In this document: one piece after another, positions 24,392-35,600 of the stretch
How positions within the stretch are numbered: position 1 is the first letter of the stretch
How the letters are laid out: each line of letters starts with the position of its first letter
Source: a virus
Lineage: Duplodnaviria; Caudoviricetes
DNA length: 54,688 bases
Virus record (IMG/VR): IMGVR_UViG_3300028557_000048
Coordinates: 1 to 54,688 of that record
Direction: 5' to 3' (one strand)
Translations under genes and position numbers: made by a program
Notes under the pieces: model-generated
Told to the model about the DNA's origin: nothing
Seen by the model: the letters and a program-made list of their open reading frames with translations, nothing else
Databases searched by the model: none

Positions 24392-27300
24392 ATGGCACTA
24401 GATGATATTAAGCTTAAAGGTCGGATAAAGGGAACTAAGCATGATTCCGGCGGCGGAGTCACGTATGATGTTCCAATGATTGGAATTGTTAAAGATAACA
24501 TTGATCCGACACGCGCAGGTAGAATCAAAGTTTATCTCAGTGAGCAAGGAAGTCCAAATTCTGACGATTCAGCTAACTGGGTAACTGTTAACTTTTTAAG
24601 TAGTTTTTTTGGTAGGGTGACCCCGCAAGCAGGTCAAACCGGGTTAGGCTCTTACGTTGACAACGCAAGTTCGTATGGGCAATGGCAAGCCCCACCGGAT
24701 ATTGGAACTGAAGTAATTTGCTTGTTTATTAACGGTGATCCTAACTATGGATTCTACATAGGTGCAATTCCTAACCCAGAAGCATTGCATATGCTCCCTG
24801 CTATCGGTGGGGCAGATTCTATCGTTCCTAATTCCGGAGAAGCAGAAAGCTATGGCGGAGCAACAAGATTACCGACATCCAACTTCAATACCAATAACGC
24901 CGACCTAAGAGATAGTAATGAATTCTTAAATTCTCCCAGACCGGTTCATAGTTATACGGCATCGATCATGCACCAACAGGGAATTATACGTGATCCTCTT
25001 AGAGGACCTATAGGTTCTAGCGCGTCTCGCGAAGCTGTTTCGCGTGTTGGCTGGGGCGTAGCCACTCCGGGTAGACCTATTTATGAGGGTGGGTACGACG
25101 ATCAAACTATCGCTTCTAACTTAGATACAACGAAGGGCGAACAATTAAAAGTTGTGGCACGCCGCGGCGGCCACTCGTTGATCATGGATGATGGGGACAT
25201 CATTGGTCGAGACCAACTTATCAGACTTAGAACTTCGTTGGGTCATCAGATTTTGATGAGCGATGACGGACAGACGTTGCAGATATTGCATTCAAATGGA
25301 CAGTCATATGTCGAATTAGGCAAAGAAGGTACAGTCGATATCTACTCAACTAACTCGATCAATATGCGTACTCAAGGGGACTTCAACATTCATGCAGACC
25401 GTAATGTAAACATACATGCTACTGATACATTAAATCTACATGGTAAAACTATTAATATCGATAGTGAACAAGACTTGAAAGTGCGTGCTGGTAAGAATTT
25501 TGAAACACAAGCAGTAGGCAAATACACGGTTAAGGCAGGTGCGGCATTGGCACTTAATTCTGGGCAAGAAGCATCTATGAATGCAACCGGATTGACTTAT
25601 ATCAATGGCTCACAAGTAAACATTAACAAAGGATTGCCCACTACTTCGGCTAAGCCAGTAACTGCAATTCCAATAAAAGCACAGACTGACACACTATACG
25701 ATGCACAAAAAGGTTTTGCCGCCGCACCCGGCAAGCTACAGACTATCACTTCCCGTGCACCTGCTCATTACCCGTGGGCTAATGCAGGACAGGGGGTTGA
25801 TGTCAAGAACTCGCTTAATGCAGAAGACAACATTCCACAATCTCCTTCTCCTTCAGTGCAACAAGTAAATCAAGCTGCATCTACCGCAGGTGTCGCGCCG
25901 CCTGCGGAGACAACTAATCAATCTGTTCCCACAGTTCAGCCGGTCTCTCCTGGGATGGATGTTAATACGACCAGTGCCGTACTAAGTCAGGTCGCGACCA
26001 GTGCCGCACAAGGTCCGTTGTCTGCTGCGGTTGATATAGGCACTGCAATAGTCAATATTGGGAACGGGGCCAAAGCAGGGGCTATCGGGTCATTTGCGAT
26101 GACTCCCACACAGATGGCATCATCGGGGGTTATCAAACCCGGCTCTGACATTCTGATCAATAAACTAATACAAGCAGGCAAGTCAATTGCACAATCTCTT
26201 CCAAACAGCATGTTTACTGGTATAGCAGGAGCTTCTACGTTGTCTTCGTTTGTGTCAAATACAACTGCACAAACTGAAGCAATGGTTAACAATTTACAAA
26301 AAGCACAAAAGGCATTGGGCATGATTGGAGTCATCACCGGCAAAGAATCACCGGGGATGCTTTCTGGATTAATAACGGCCGCCGCAACAGTGGGGGTGTC
26401 ACAAACAGTTCAGGCAGTACGACATATCGCACAATCTATTACTGTTAGCGGAGATACTAATACGTTAGGTGGTTCAACTGCCGGATCAAATACAAACACA
26501 ACGGGTAGAAATATTAATCAATTTGGAAATAGTGTTGTTGGGGCATTAACTCAAGTGTTAAATCCATTGGGTAGTCCAGTGACTGGAGTATTAAGCTCAC
26601 TTCCAAACGGAGAAAGTTCTGTCACTAATGCGTTGCGGGCAATTGGTGCAGGGAGTATTGCAGGAAAACTAGCATCTCTCACGGGAGGATTGGGAGGCAT
26701 CTCACAATCTATCGGTGGATTATTGGGTAATGCAAATTCAAACGGCAAAGACCTAGCTAGTGCATTGATCAGTGACAGAGGAGTAGCCGGCGCGGCGTTC
26801 CAGTCTATTGTTAGTTCGTTCGTGCCATTGACTCCGGGAGTAGCGCAGAGCTTATCTGCTATCGCCCAAGCGGCAGCTGCCGGTAAGGCATTAAATTCTA
26901 GTCAAATAACTCAGTTAGGTAGTTCATTAATTAGTTCGTTAAGTGGATCATCGATTAATGTATCCGGAGTGTTGGGTGGTCTAGACAGATTGGGTGGATT
27001 AGGTAGTGCTGCAGGGGCATTAGGTAGATTGGGTGGATTAGGTAGTGCTGCAGGGGCATTAGGCGGGCTAGCCGGGCTTGGCGGTCTTGGTGGATTAGCA
27101 GGGCTAGCTGGGCTTGGTGGCGGCGGTGCGGTGTCAATCGGTGGCGTACTTTCGTTCTCGTCATTGGGTAAACTAGCTGCTGGCATCATCACCGGCGGCA
27201 ATGCGTTCGGTATAGGCGGAATATTAAACATCGCTAGGGGCGGGATCACAGGACAAATTGCAGGACTCGCCCAAAATGGCGTCAGTGGTGCAATTAACGG

Positions 27301-28663
27301 TGCATTGGGTAGTGTAACCGGTTCAGTGGGAGGTTTGGCACCCGATGCATTGGGTAGCTTAGGTAGTCAGATAGCGGGCGCAGCGAACGCCGGTTTAGCA
27401 AGAACCTTCACCGGCGCGATAAACAATGCAGTAGGGGGTACCATATCTGGGGCATTGAACAACGCCGTTGCTGGCGTAGTTAATAATATTTCTGCCGGAT
27501 CAATCAACAATACTATCGCCGGTATTACCGGCGTAGCTTCGGTCATACAACACGGTTCGGCTGCTAGTGTTAATAGTCTCGTTGCCGGAAATACAACTAC
27601 TATAGGTGGAATTACTGGAATCATTAACTCCACTACTACTGCTACTGCTAATTTGGGAAATATCGCAGGAAAAGTACAAAATGCAGTAGATAATGTCACT
27701 AGTATTTCGGGTGCAGGATTATCGGGTGTATCAGGGGGAATATCATCTTTGATCAAGGCAGCTTCGGCTACTCAGTCAGGCTCGAAGTCATCCGTCGCTT
27801 CGCTTATTTCAAGTGGTATTAGTGCATTACCTGCAGGATTAAATTCTATTTCTAATGTGTTGAATAAAGCAGTAAACATAACTAATTCTATTCCGGGAGC
27901 AGGAAAACTTTCCGGGCTTATCAAAGATGCACAGTCGGCAGTAATGAACGGATTACCTAACATCGTGAATAGCGTTATAGGTAAAAACAATTCACTGGGT
28001 TCATTGATTGCAACCGGACTATCTATTGGAGAAGGGTCACAGCTTTCTTCTATATTGGCGAGCCTATCGTCTAGTGGTAAATCACAGATCAAGTTGCCGC
28101 AAGTTGGATTTAATACCTTTGCTAGAGAAGCAATAACAGCAAAAATAAGTAATTTGTTAGGTAATCCTAAGATTCCGTTACCAAATCTACTAGGGGAAGT
28201 GCCACCCGATTTACAGAATGCTGTCGCGGCCCTAACTAATATTAGTAATGAAATATTTAAAGTGCAAGATGAGTTAGGTCAATGGAATCAAAAGATTGAG
28301 CAAGCAAAGAATGCGTTTTATGCTGCTGAACAGAATCTACCACAAGGTGATCCAACTATCACCCAATTGCGTCTGGTTTGGAAACAGACATTTAATGATT
28401 CGGCACGTTTGCGATTAGTAGAACGACTAGCTGAATTGGGCTCTGGAACGAGAGGAGCAAACCCCAATTCTAACACTTCGGGAACTGGTGTAGTATCGGC
28501 AGTACAAAACATCACGTCTACTTTAAATGGTATACCAAATCCCGGAACACGAACAACCGGAAGCGACAATCTATCGGGATCATTGAATGATACTGCATCT
28601 CTCTTTAATACACTGGTGTCATCAACTACAAGAGTTTCTAATTTTGGGCTAAGCAATACATGA
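24392..28663 (+). CDS. Baseplate central spike, gp5/VgrG-like, with a very long Gly/Ala/Ser-rich C-terminal extension
   Basis: OB-fold 'GIVKDNIDPTRAGRIKVY', 'PPDIGTEVICLF'; beta-helix repeats 'GHSLIMDD', 'GHQILMSDD', 'GDFNIHADRNVNIHA'. Confidence 0.8.
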   Translation: MALDDIKLKGRIKGTKHDSGGGVTYDVPMIGIVKDNIDPTRAGRIKVYLSEQGSPNSDDSANWVTVNFLSSFFGRVTPQAGQTGLGSYVDNASSYGQWQAPPDIGTEVICLFINGDPNYGFYIGAIPNPEALHMLPAIGGADSIVPNSGEAESYGGATRLPTSNFNTNNADLRDSNEFLNSPRPVHSYTASIMHQQGIIRDPLRGPIGSSASREAVSRVGWGVATPGRPIYEGGYDDQTIASNLDTTKGEQLKVVARRGGHSLIMDDGDIIGRDQLIRLRTSLGHQILMSDDGQTLQILHSNGQSYVELGKEGTVDIYSTNSINMRTQGDFNIHADRNVNIHATDTLNLHGKTINIDSEQDLKVRAGKNFETQAVGKYTVKAGAALALNSGQEASMNATGLTYINGSQVNINKGLPTTSAKPVTAIPIKAQTDTLYDAQKGFAAAPGKLQTITSRAPAHYPWANAGQGVDVKNSLNAEDNIPQSPSPSVQQVNQAASTAGVAPPAETTNQSVPTVQPVSPGMDVNTTSAVLSQVATSAAQGPLSAAVDIGTAIVNIGNGAKAGAIGSFAMTPTQMASSGVIKPGSDILINKLIQAGKSIAQSLPNSMFTGIAGASTLSSFVSNTTAQTEAMVNNLQKAQKALGMIGVITGKESPGMLSGLITAAATVGVSQTVQAVRHIAQSITVSGDTNTLGGSTAGSNTNTTGRNINQFGNSVVGALTQVLNPLGSPVTGVLSSLPNGESSVTNALRAIGAGSIAGKLASLTGGLGGISQSIGGLLGNANSNGKDLASALISDRGVAGAAFQSIVSSFVPLTPGVAQSLSAIAQAAAAGKALNSSQITQLGSSLISSLSGSSINVSGVLGGLDRLGGLGSAAGALGRLGGLGSAAGALGGLAGLGGLGGLAGLAGLGGGGAVSIGGVLSFSSLGKLAAGIITGGNAFGIGGILNIARGGITGQIAGLAQNGVSGAINGALGSVTGSVGGLAPDALGSLGSQIAGAANAGLARTFTGAINNAVGGTISGALNNAVAGVVNNISAGSINNTIAGITGVASVIQHGSAASVNSLVAGNTTTIGGITGIINSTTTATANLGNIAGKVQNAVDNVTSISGAGLSGVSGGISSLIKAASATQSGSKSSVASLISSGISALPAGLNSISNVLNKAVNITNSIPGAGKLSGLIKDAQSAVMNGLPNIVNSVIGKNNSLGSLIATGLSIGEGSQLSSILASLSSSGKSQIKLPQVGFNTFAREAITAKISNLLGNPKIPLPNLLGEVPPDLQNAVAALTNISNEIFKVQDELGQWNQKIEQAKNAFYAAEQNLPQGDPTITQLRLVWKQTFNDSARLRLVERLAELGSGTRGANPNSNTSGTGVVSAVQNITSTLNGIPNPGTRTTGSDNLSGSLNDTASLFNTLVSSTTRVSNFGLSNT
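26987..27063 (+). repeat. 39-bp tandem duplication encoding RLGGLGSAAGALG
   Basis: Two near-identical adjacent copies. Confidence 0.9.
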
Positions 28664-28692
28664 GGACTAGTCAGTTGGTCGATCAGCAAACG

Positions 28693-28700
28693 GATAAATA
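28693..28700 (+). promoter_or_regulatory. Late promoter GATAAATA
   Basis: Motif upstream of SD AAGGA of the gp25-like gene. Confidence 0.65.
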
Positions 28701-28718
28701 AAATTATAAGGAAATATC

Positions 28719-29204
28719 ATGGCAACATACATAGGATTTAGCACGATCAATGCAAATAAACCAAAGACAACTAACCCAGTCAGCCCCCCAAATGGCGGCT
28801 TTGGCACAGATCAGATCGGCGGACTAGACGGCGGCTTTGGTTCTATACTAGAACCGTTGAACTGGGGAAAGAAATTTAGATTGGTAGACGCGCCACTAGT
28901 GATACAAGACTTCTTGAATGCGTTAAACATTCCCAAAGGTCAAAAAGTTGGGCAACCAGCTTATGGAACCACATTGTGGTCATTCTTGTTTGAGCCCAAC
29001 ACACGAGACGTACAGTTTCAACTAGAAAACGAGATCAGGCGTTTGGCGAGTGAAGATCCTAGAATGACGTTAGCCTACGTAAAATCATTTCCTAAAGAGA
29101 ATGGCATATTAATTGAACTTCAAGTAGCTATAAATCCATATAATCAACCGGCAGTAGTCAACATCTACTTTGACAGGAATTCTCGCAGTGCAGGACTGAT
29201 CTAA
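28719..29204 (+). CDS. gp25: Baseplate wedge protein, gp25-like
   Basis: 'DFLNALNIPKGQKVGQPAYGTTLWSFLFEP...EDPR'. Confidence 0.85.
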   Translation: MATYIGFSTINANKPKTTNPVSPPNGGFGTDQIGGLDGGFGSILEPLNWGKKFRLVDAPLVIQDFLNALNIPKGQKVGQPAYGTTLWSFLFEPNTRDVQFQLENEIRRLASEDPRMTLAYVKSFPKENGILIELQVAINPYNQPAVVNIYFDRNSRSAGLI

Positions 29205-29227
29205 TCAAATTACGCTCTTTTCCGAAT

Positions 29228-29235
29228 GATAAATA
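29228..29235 (+). promoter_or_regulatory. Late promoter GATAAATA
   Basis: Motif upstream of the gp6-like gene. Confidence 0.6.
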
Positions 29236-29255
29236 TATCAAAAGAGAGTAACTCT

Positions 29256-32200
29256 ATGGCCACATCCTCAAGACAGTCATCATTATTCGGAGCAAATGAT
29301 TGGAAGACTATCTATCAGACCTTCCAAGAATCTGATTTCAGAAGCTATGATTATGAAACTCTTCGGAAGAGTTTTATTGACTATTTGCGGAATTACTATC
29401 CTGAAACTTTTAATGACTATGTTGAATCTTCAGAATTTATTGCCCTTCTCGATGTTATGGCATTCATGGGGCAAGGTCTTGCGTTCCGCAATGACCTAAA
29501 TGCGCGTGAAAACTTCATCGACACTGCTGAGCGCAGAGATTCTGTTATTAAACTAGCTACTTTGGTTGGGTATACTCCAAAACGCAATATCGAGGCTAAT
29601 GGTTATCTCAAAGTTACCAGTATCAAGACCACACAAAACATAACTGATATTAACGGATTAAATCTGAGCAACGTTCCGGTATTATGGAATGATCCTGCAA
29701 ATCCAAATTGGCTTGAGCAATTCAACACAATCGTGAACGCATCACTTGTCAGTACACAAAAGATAGGTCGACCGGGCAACATCGCTGACTTATTGGGAGT
29801 GACCACGTCTGAGTATTCGATTCAAATTCCAACAAACAGTTTACCTATTGTTCCGTTCACGTCGTCTATTGACGGTCAAACAATAAATTTTGAATTAGTC
29901 AGCGCAACCTCGCTTAACGAAGACTACATATATGAAGTACCACCTGCACCGAGCGGCAAATTCAACATGCTGTATCGCAATGACAAATTAGGTTTTGGTA
30001 GTCCTGAATCAGGCTTCTTCTTTTATTTTAAGCAGGGCACTCTTACCACAGTTAACTTCACGTTTCAGCAAGAATTGTCTAATCAAATATTTGAGATTGA
30101 CGTCCAAGGTATCAACAACACAGATACTTGGCTGTTCCAATTAAACAGTGATGGGACCAGGACTGAATGGAAAAAAGTCGATAGCGTATATGCGGATGCA
30201 TATTTGCAAAAAGAAAAGTCAAGTAGAAAACTGTTCTCTGTAAATTCTCGCTTTAACGACCAAGTAACTTATATATTCGGTGACGGTGTATTTTCTGCTA
30301 TCCCGATCGGTAACTTCAGGGCGTATGTCCGTGCAGGCAACGCTCAAACATACAGCATAGAACCCTCAGAGATGAATGGCATCTCAGTATCATTCAACTA
30401 CATCAGTCGACTGGGTCGTCCCGAAACATTAACTGTGGGCTTGACGCTTCCATTAACAGTTAACAATGCACAACAAAGGGAAACGCTACAAGAAATCAAG
30501 CAGCGTGCTCCTACTCGTTATTATACACAGAATAGAATGGTTAACGGAGAAGACTATAATAACTTCCCGTATACATTGTATAGTTCGATCATTAAATCTA
30601 AAGCAATCAACCGTGCTTCAGTTGGTGTTTCTAAGAACCTAGACTTACTTGATCCAACTGGTAAATATTCAAGTACTAATTCTTTTGCTGGCGACGGCGC
30701 ATTATTTCAAAATAATAATGACGGAGTTCTGTCGCTGACTATCAACACGACCAGCGATATTATCGCATTCTTTACGGATACGCTTGCTTCAGTTCTAGCA
30801 TTGACTAGGGCGTCACAGTACTATGTTGATGCAACAGGAAATGCAAGTAATACTTGGTATAAACGATTCAACATTAACACTGCATCAGGGGACGGTACTG
30901 TATATTGGCAAACAAGTTCAGTTGATACCGGCGCCGAATCTGGATATTTCTATAATATAACTGGTAGTTTTTTAGCTCCGTTGTCGATTGGCACATTCAA
31001 TAGTAATAATTGCAAGTATATTACTACTGGAGCCATTATTAAATTCGCTGCACCGTCGGGGCAGTACTTCGACAACAACAATCGATTAGTGTCGGGTATC
31101 GCTCCGTCCCCCGAAAACAATTATATTTGGACAACGGTACTCAATGTAATAGGTGACGGCTCGAACAATGGTTCAGGTAGTTTTGCTAACGGCTCTGGTC
31201 CCGTCAAAGTCAATGGCTTTGTTCCGTCAGGCGCAATCTTGTCGCAAGTAATCCCTGTGTTTGATAATGCATTGTCAACTAACCTTATCCAAGAATGTAT
31301 CGTTAGAATGGAATTAAATCAAGATTTTACTCTTGTGTTTAATAATTCTATTGCAGTCAACCAAGAGCGCTGGTCAATCGAATCTATCAATAATACAAAT
31401 TACTTTGTTAAATTTACAAGCACTGGAGCAAATAAGTATGCTATCGCATATAGATCATTGAAGTATTATTTTGGATCAGTAGCAGAGACTAGGTTTACTT
31501 ACTCTAGCGGCGAGTTAGTCTATGATCCCTTTTCAGGTAAGATCATTCAAGATTTCGTGAATATCTTACCAATCAATACTCAATATGGAAGCAGTGTTCC
31601 TTTGGGCAAAGAAGTCAAAGTTAATATCTTAGGTCAGACAGTAGAATCGGACGGATATATCAACGACTTTGAAGTTGAAGTCGCGGCTACTGACATTAAC
31701 AATAGCCAACTAATACTAAATCCAGAGTTCTTTAGCAGTGTAACTGGATATGTTTCTGGAAGCCAAAACGTAGGCATCTATGTGTTCTTTGAAACAGTGC
31801 AAGATCCTATCAATCTTACTAGACAGTACATCATCCCCTCATCATCTGTGGAGTATCAATACCCAACAATTTCACAAATTGAAACAGTAAAGTATGATTA
31901 TCCACTGGGGCAATTGTTTTATGCTTATACAGAAAATAAATTTTATAAGTCTGTACAAGACCAAACGGTAACTACCCCATATTACATAATGACAATTCAA
32001 CCTCAGTATTCGAAGCAAGTTGGAAGACAGGGACTTGCTTTCCAATATCGACACAATTCGAATAACACTACTCGTATCGATCCAGTGACGACCAACATTA
32101 TCGATTTGTATGTAGTAACACAAGCATACTATACTTCTTATACAAATTGGATTGTTGATACGACCAATACTATTCCTAAACCACTTCGTCCAACTATCAA

Positions 32201-32648
32201 TGAACTCAACCAAGAATATGGACAAGTACAAGACTACAAAATGCTGTCAGATGCAGTAATTCTAAACAGCGTTATGTTCAAACCGTTATTTGGCGCTAAA
32301 GCAGATGCTGCATTGCAGGGCACTATCAAAGTCATCAAAGATAGCAATACTAATGCGAGTGATAGTGAAATTAGAAGTGCTGTCTTAGCTGCAATGAATA
32401 ATTACTTTAATATTAATAACTGGAACTTTGGAGATACTTTCTATTTCTCAGAACTGAGTGCATACTTACACGCTGAGTGTGGTGATCTTATTAGTTCTGC
32501 TGTATTAGTATCGAATGATCCTACCAAACCTTTCGGGGACCTATATGAAATTAAATGCATGCCATATGAAATTTTTGTAAATGCCGCCACTGCAAATGAC
32601 GTATTAGTAGTACCGGCCCTAACACCCACTCAATTACAGGTAAGATAA
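29256..32648 (+). CDS. gp6: Baseplate wedge protein, gp6-like (extended)
   Basis: 'DYETLRKSFIDYL', 'RENFIDTAERRDSVIKLATLVGYTPKR', 'FGDG', 'QNRMVNGEDY'; start probably ATG 29256. Confidence 0.85.
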   Translation: MATSSRQSSLFGANDWKTIYQTFQESDFRSYDYETLRKSFIDYLRNYYPETFNDYVESSEFIALLDVMAFMGQGLAFRNDLNARENFIDTAERRDSVIKLATLVGYTPKRNIEANGYLKVTSIKTTQNITDINGLNLSNVPVLWNDPANPNWLEQFNTIVNASLVSTQKIGRPGNIADLLGVTTSEYSIQIPTNSLPIVPFTSSIDGQTINFELVSATSLNEDYIYEVPPAPSGKFNMLYRNDKLGFGSPESGFFFYFKQGTLTTVNFTFQQELSNQIFEIDVQGINNTDTWLFQLNSDGTRTEWKKVDSVYADAYLQKEKSSRKLFSVNSRFNDQVTYIFGDGVFSAIPIGNFRAYVRAGNAQTYSIEPSEMNGISVSFNYISRLGRPETLTVGLTLPLTVNNAQQRETLQEIKQRAPTRYYTQNRMVNGEDYNNFPYTLYSSIIKSKAINRASVGVSKNLDLLDPTGKYSSTNSFAGDGALFQNNNDGVLSLTINTTSDIIAFFTDTLASVLALTRASQYYVDATGNASNTWYKRFNINTASGDGTVYWQTSSVDTGAESGYFYNITGSFLAPLSIGTFNSNNCKYITTGAIIKFAAPSGQYFDNNNRLVSGIAPSPENNYIWTTVLNVIGDGSNNGSGSFANGSGPVKVNGFVPSGAILSQVIPVFDNALSTNLIQECIVRMELNQDFTLVFNNSIAVNQERWSIESINNTNYFVKFTSTGANKYAIAYRSLKYYFGSVAETRFTYSSGELVYDPFSGKIIQDFVNILPINTQYGSSVPLGKEVKVNILGQTVESDGYINDFEVEVAATDINNSQLILNPEFFSSVTGYVSGSQNVGIYVFFETVQDPINLTRQYIIPSSSVEYQYPTISQIETVKYDYPLGQLFYAYTENKFYKSVQDQTVTTPYYIMTIQPQYSKQVGRQGLAFQYRHNSNNTTRIDPVTTNIIDLYVVTQAYYTSYTNWIVDTTNTIPKPLRPTINELNQEYGQVQDYKMLSDAVILNSVMFKPLFGAKADAALQGTIKVIKDSNTNASDSEIRSAVLAAMNNYFNINNWNFGDTFYFSELSAYLHAECGDLISSAVLVSNDPTKPFGDLYEIKCMPYEIFVNAATANDVLVVPALTPTQLQVR

Positions 32649-32651
32649 GTA
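32644..32651 (+). promoter_or_regulatory. Late promoter GATAAGTA, 5 nt before the giant ORF ATG
   Basis: Motif variant; no SD. Confidence 0.55.
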
Positions 32652-32656
32652 TATAC

Positions 32657-35600
32657 ATGGCTAGAATCAGGACACTCGATTTCCTTCCGGAAATATTTCA
32701 AACTCCAACTAATGCACAATTTTTGGCGGCTACGCTTGATCAATTAGTGAATCCGCCCGAATCCCAGCGTATCCAGGGATATATCGGTAGCAGACTTGGC
32801 TACGGCATAAATGCTGTAGATAGCTATGTAGTAGAGCCAACTAAAACTCGTAGAAATTATCAATTAGATCCGGGCCTAGTATTCACTAAACCAAACGAAT
32901 CGACTGCACAGGACTTTATCACGTATCCTGGAATCATTGACGCATTAAAGATCAGTGGCGGTGTTACTAACAATAACGACAGATTATTTAATAGCCAGTT
33001 CTATTCATGGGATTCATTTACTAATTTAGACAAGATCATCAACTTCGACCAGTATTACTGGTTGCCTGAAGGACCTCCTTCAGTTACAGTATCTGTTGCC
33101 CCTGTCTTCTCTTCAGAAAATTATATCGTAACTGATTTGGCTTCTACGTACGATATCAAGGTAGTAGGCAGTTTTGCTGGTTCGTCGAATCCTACATTAA
33201 CTCTATTGCGGGGAGGCACATATACTTTTGCAGTCGATCAGGAATCACAGTTTTGGATTCAAGGTGAACCTGGGGTATCTGGGTTTTCTCCCATCCAAGC
33301 TAATCAACCTGTTCGAGATGTTTATGGAGTGAGCAACAACGGTGCCTCAGCGGGATTAGTAACATTTAATGTTCCTAGCAAAGATGCACAAGCACAATAT
33401 AATTTTTCAGGCAACAATACAGTAGGCGTTGTTAGTACGTTACCTTTCGATCAAGTCAATGGTGTTCTTCTTTCTGAATTGGAAAACATCGACGGAGTAA
33501 CGTCACTTGACGGGTTGACTGTTATGTTTTATAACAATGGGGTAGTCGATGAAATCGGATATACCTCTTCGTACCTAGCGGAAACCCCATATGATGTCAA
33601 CGACGATCAAATTGTTGCACCGTTAACGCTTACAGTTACGAGTTGCAACACGACATCTTTTACTACCAGCTCAACTATTCAATTGGTAGTTAATCAAACA
33701 ATAACGTTTGATAACCCAGTGTTTGGTGGTGTCACCGCCGGACAAGTTTATTTTATCAGTGCAATTCCAACTTCGACGACGTTCAACATTTCAGAATACA
33801 TCGGCGGCCCAAATATCGTATTAACTCCCGACTCGGGAGCGATGGTTGCGAATATAAATCAAGGGCTATATCAACAAGGGTTCTATTCTACAGTCGCAGA
33901 GAACTTCTATCTGATCAGCTATGTTGGAAATCCTGATAATCCTGTTCTTAGGCTTACCCCGGCAGGTCTTATTCCTACTGAACAAAAGATCATACCTCAA
34001 TATGGAACAGAATGGGTAGCTAGACCATTCTATCGAGATATTAACGGGGCAATCAATCTAGTTCCTTACATCACTGCACCCCTTGATGTGTTGTATTATC
34101 AAGACGGGACCACTTCGTCTAAAGTAGGTGTTATTCGCATCATCGATAGCAACACTACAAATTTGCTGGACGTTGACACTGACATAATTGGGCAAAAAAC
34201 CTTTACTTCCCCAAACGGTATTGTTTTCACTAATGGACTTAAAGTGTCGTTCGACGGTGCAGTTGTTCCTTCACGTTATTTGACCGGGGAGTATTACGTA
34301 GAAGGGGTAGGTACTGCGATTGAGCTTATTCCAACAACCTCGCTTGTTTGCCCGGAAAAATTCACAATTGGTGAGTTCAATCCATGGGATATTGCCCCGT
34401 TTGATATCGGAAACTTTGACATTGGATTATATATTCCAGTAGATCCAGACTACATCACGATTGCTAGAAATTCGATCAACAAGAATGCCTGGTCAAGAAG
34501 CAATCGATGGTTTCACGTCGCTGTTATTCAAGCGACTGCTACGTATAATCAAAATCCTGAAATTCTAAATGTGTTGGCCACTGCAACAAACAAAGCAAAA
34601 CGCCCAATAATCGAATTTTATCCTAACCTAAAGTTGTTCGATTCAGGTACTTTCGGCAAACCATTAGTTGATTTTATCGATACCCGTTGCACTGATGCAT
34701 TGTCAATTGTTGCGGGCACACAAAGTTATTACCCAGACGTAGAAGTTTATACTGAGTACACCGGAACGATTGGTTCGGTAGTTTCAGCCACGACCACAAC
34801 AGTTATCATTCCCACTAGCGACATCACCGGTGAATTTCAAATCGGCATGTATATTGCAGACACGACCAATATATTGCCGACTAATACTCAAATCACCGCG
34901 ATTACAATCAACGGGTTAAACACTGAACTAACAGTAAGTTGGGAAAATGCAACTACACTTGCATCAGCCGCCGCTGCATCGATAACTGGCTCTGATCTTA
35001 ACATCAATAACTATGGATTGTTTTCTGGTGCTAGAGTGGTATTTTCTGCCGACGCCGATATCAATGTTAGAAATAAAATTTATATAGTAGATATCTCAGA
35101 AGTCACTAGCGGTGAACCAATGGTCATTACCCTTGCTGAAGCTGAAGAAGGGTTGCGTCAGAACAATGATCAGATTGCAATCTTGCGCGGGTATACACAT
35201 CAAGGTACTTCGTTCTATTATGACGGAATCAACTGGAATCAAGCACAACAAAAAGTTACGGTGAATCAAGCCCCGTACTTCGACGTATTCGACGCTAACG
35301 GGGTATCATTGGGAGATCCTGAAGTATATATAGGAACATCATTTAGCGGCTGCAAGTTGTTCGCGTATGGACTCGGAGCTGGCGCTGATGATCCTGTTCT
35401 AGCTTTTCCTGTACGATATTCCTCGATAGCTAACGTAGGTGACATTAGCTTTGATGTATCGCTTAACTCAGACACGTTTAGTTATGTTTCGGGGACAGAG
35501 CCGATAACGCAACAAGTTAACACTGGATATGTATACAGTTACGTTGGTAGAGAAACCTTTGTCAGACATCTTGGCTGGGAGAAGGCCATCGCTCCTTCTA

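Noticed and set aside
25987-28689. Many antisense ORFs over the spike (and similarly over capsid, tape measure, giant protein and fibre genes)
   Set aside because: Shadow ORFs expected opposite low-complexity or biased coding sequence; no start signals.
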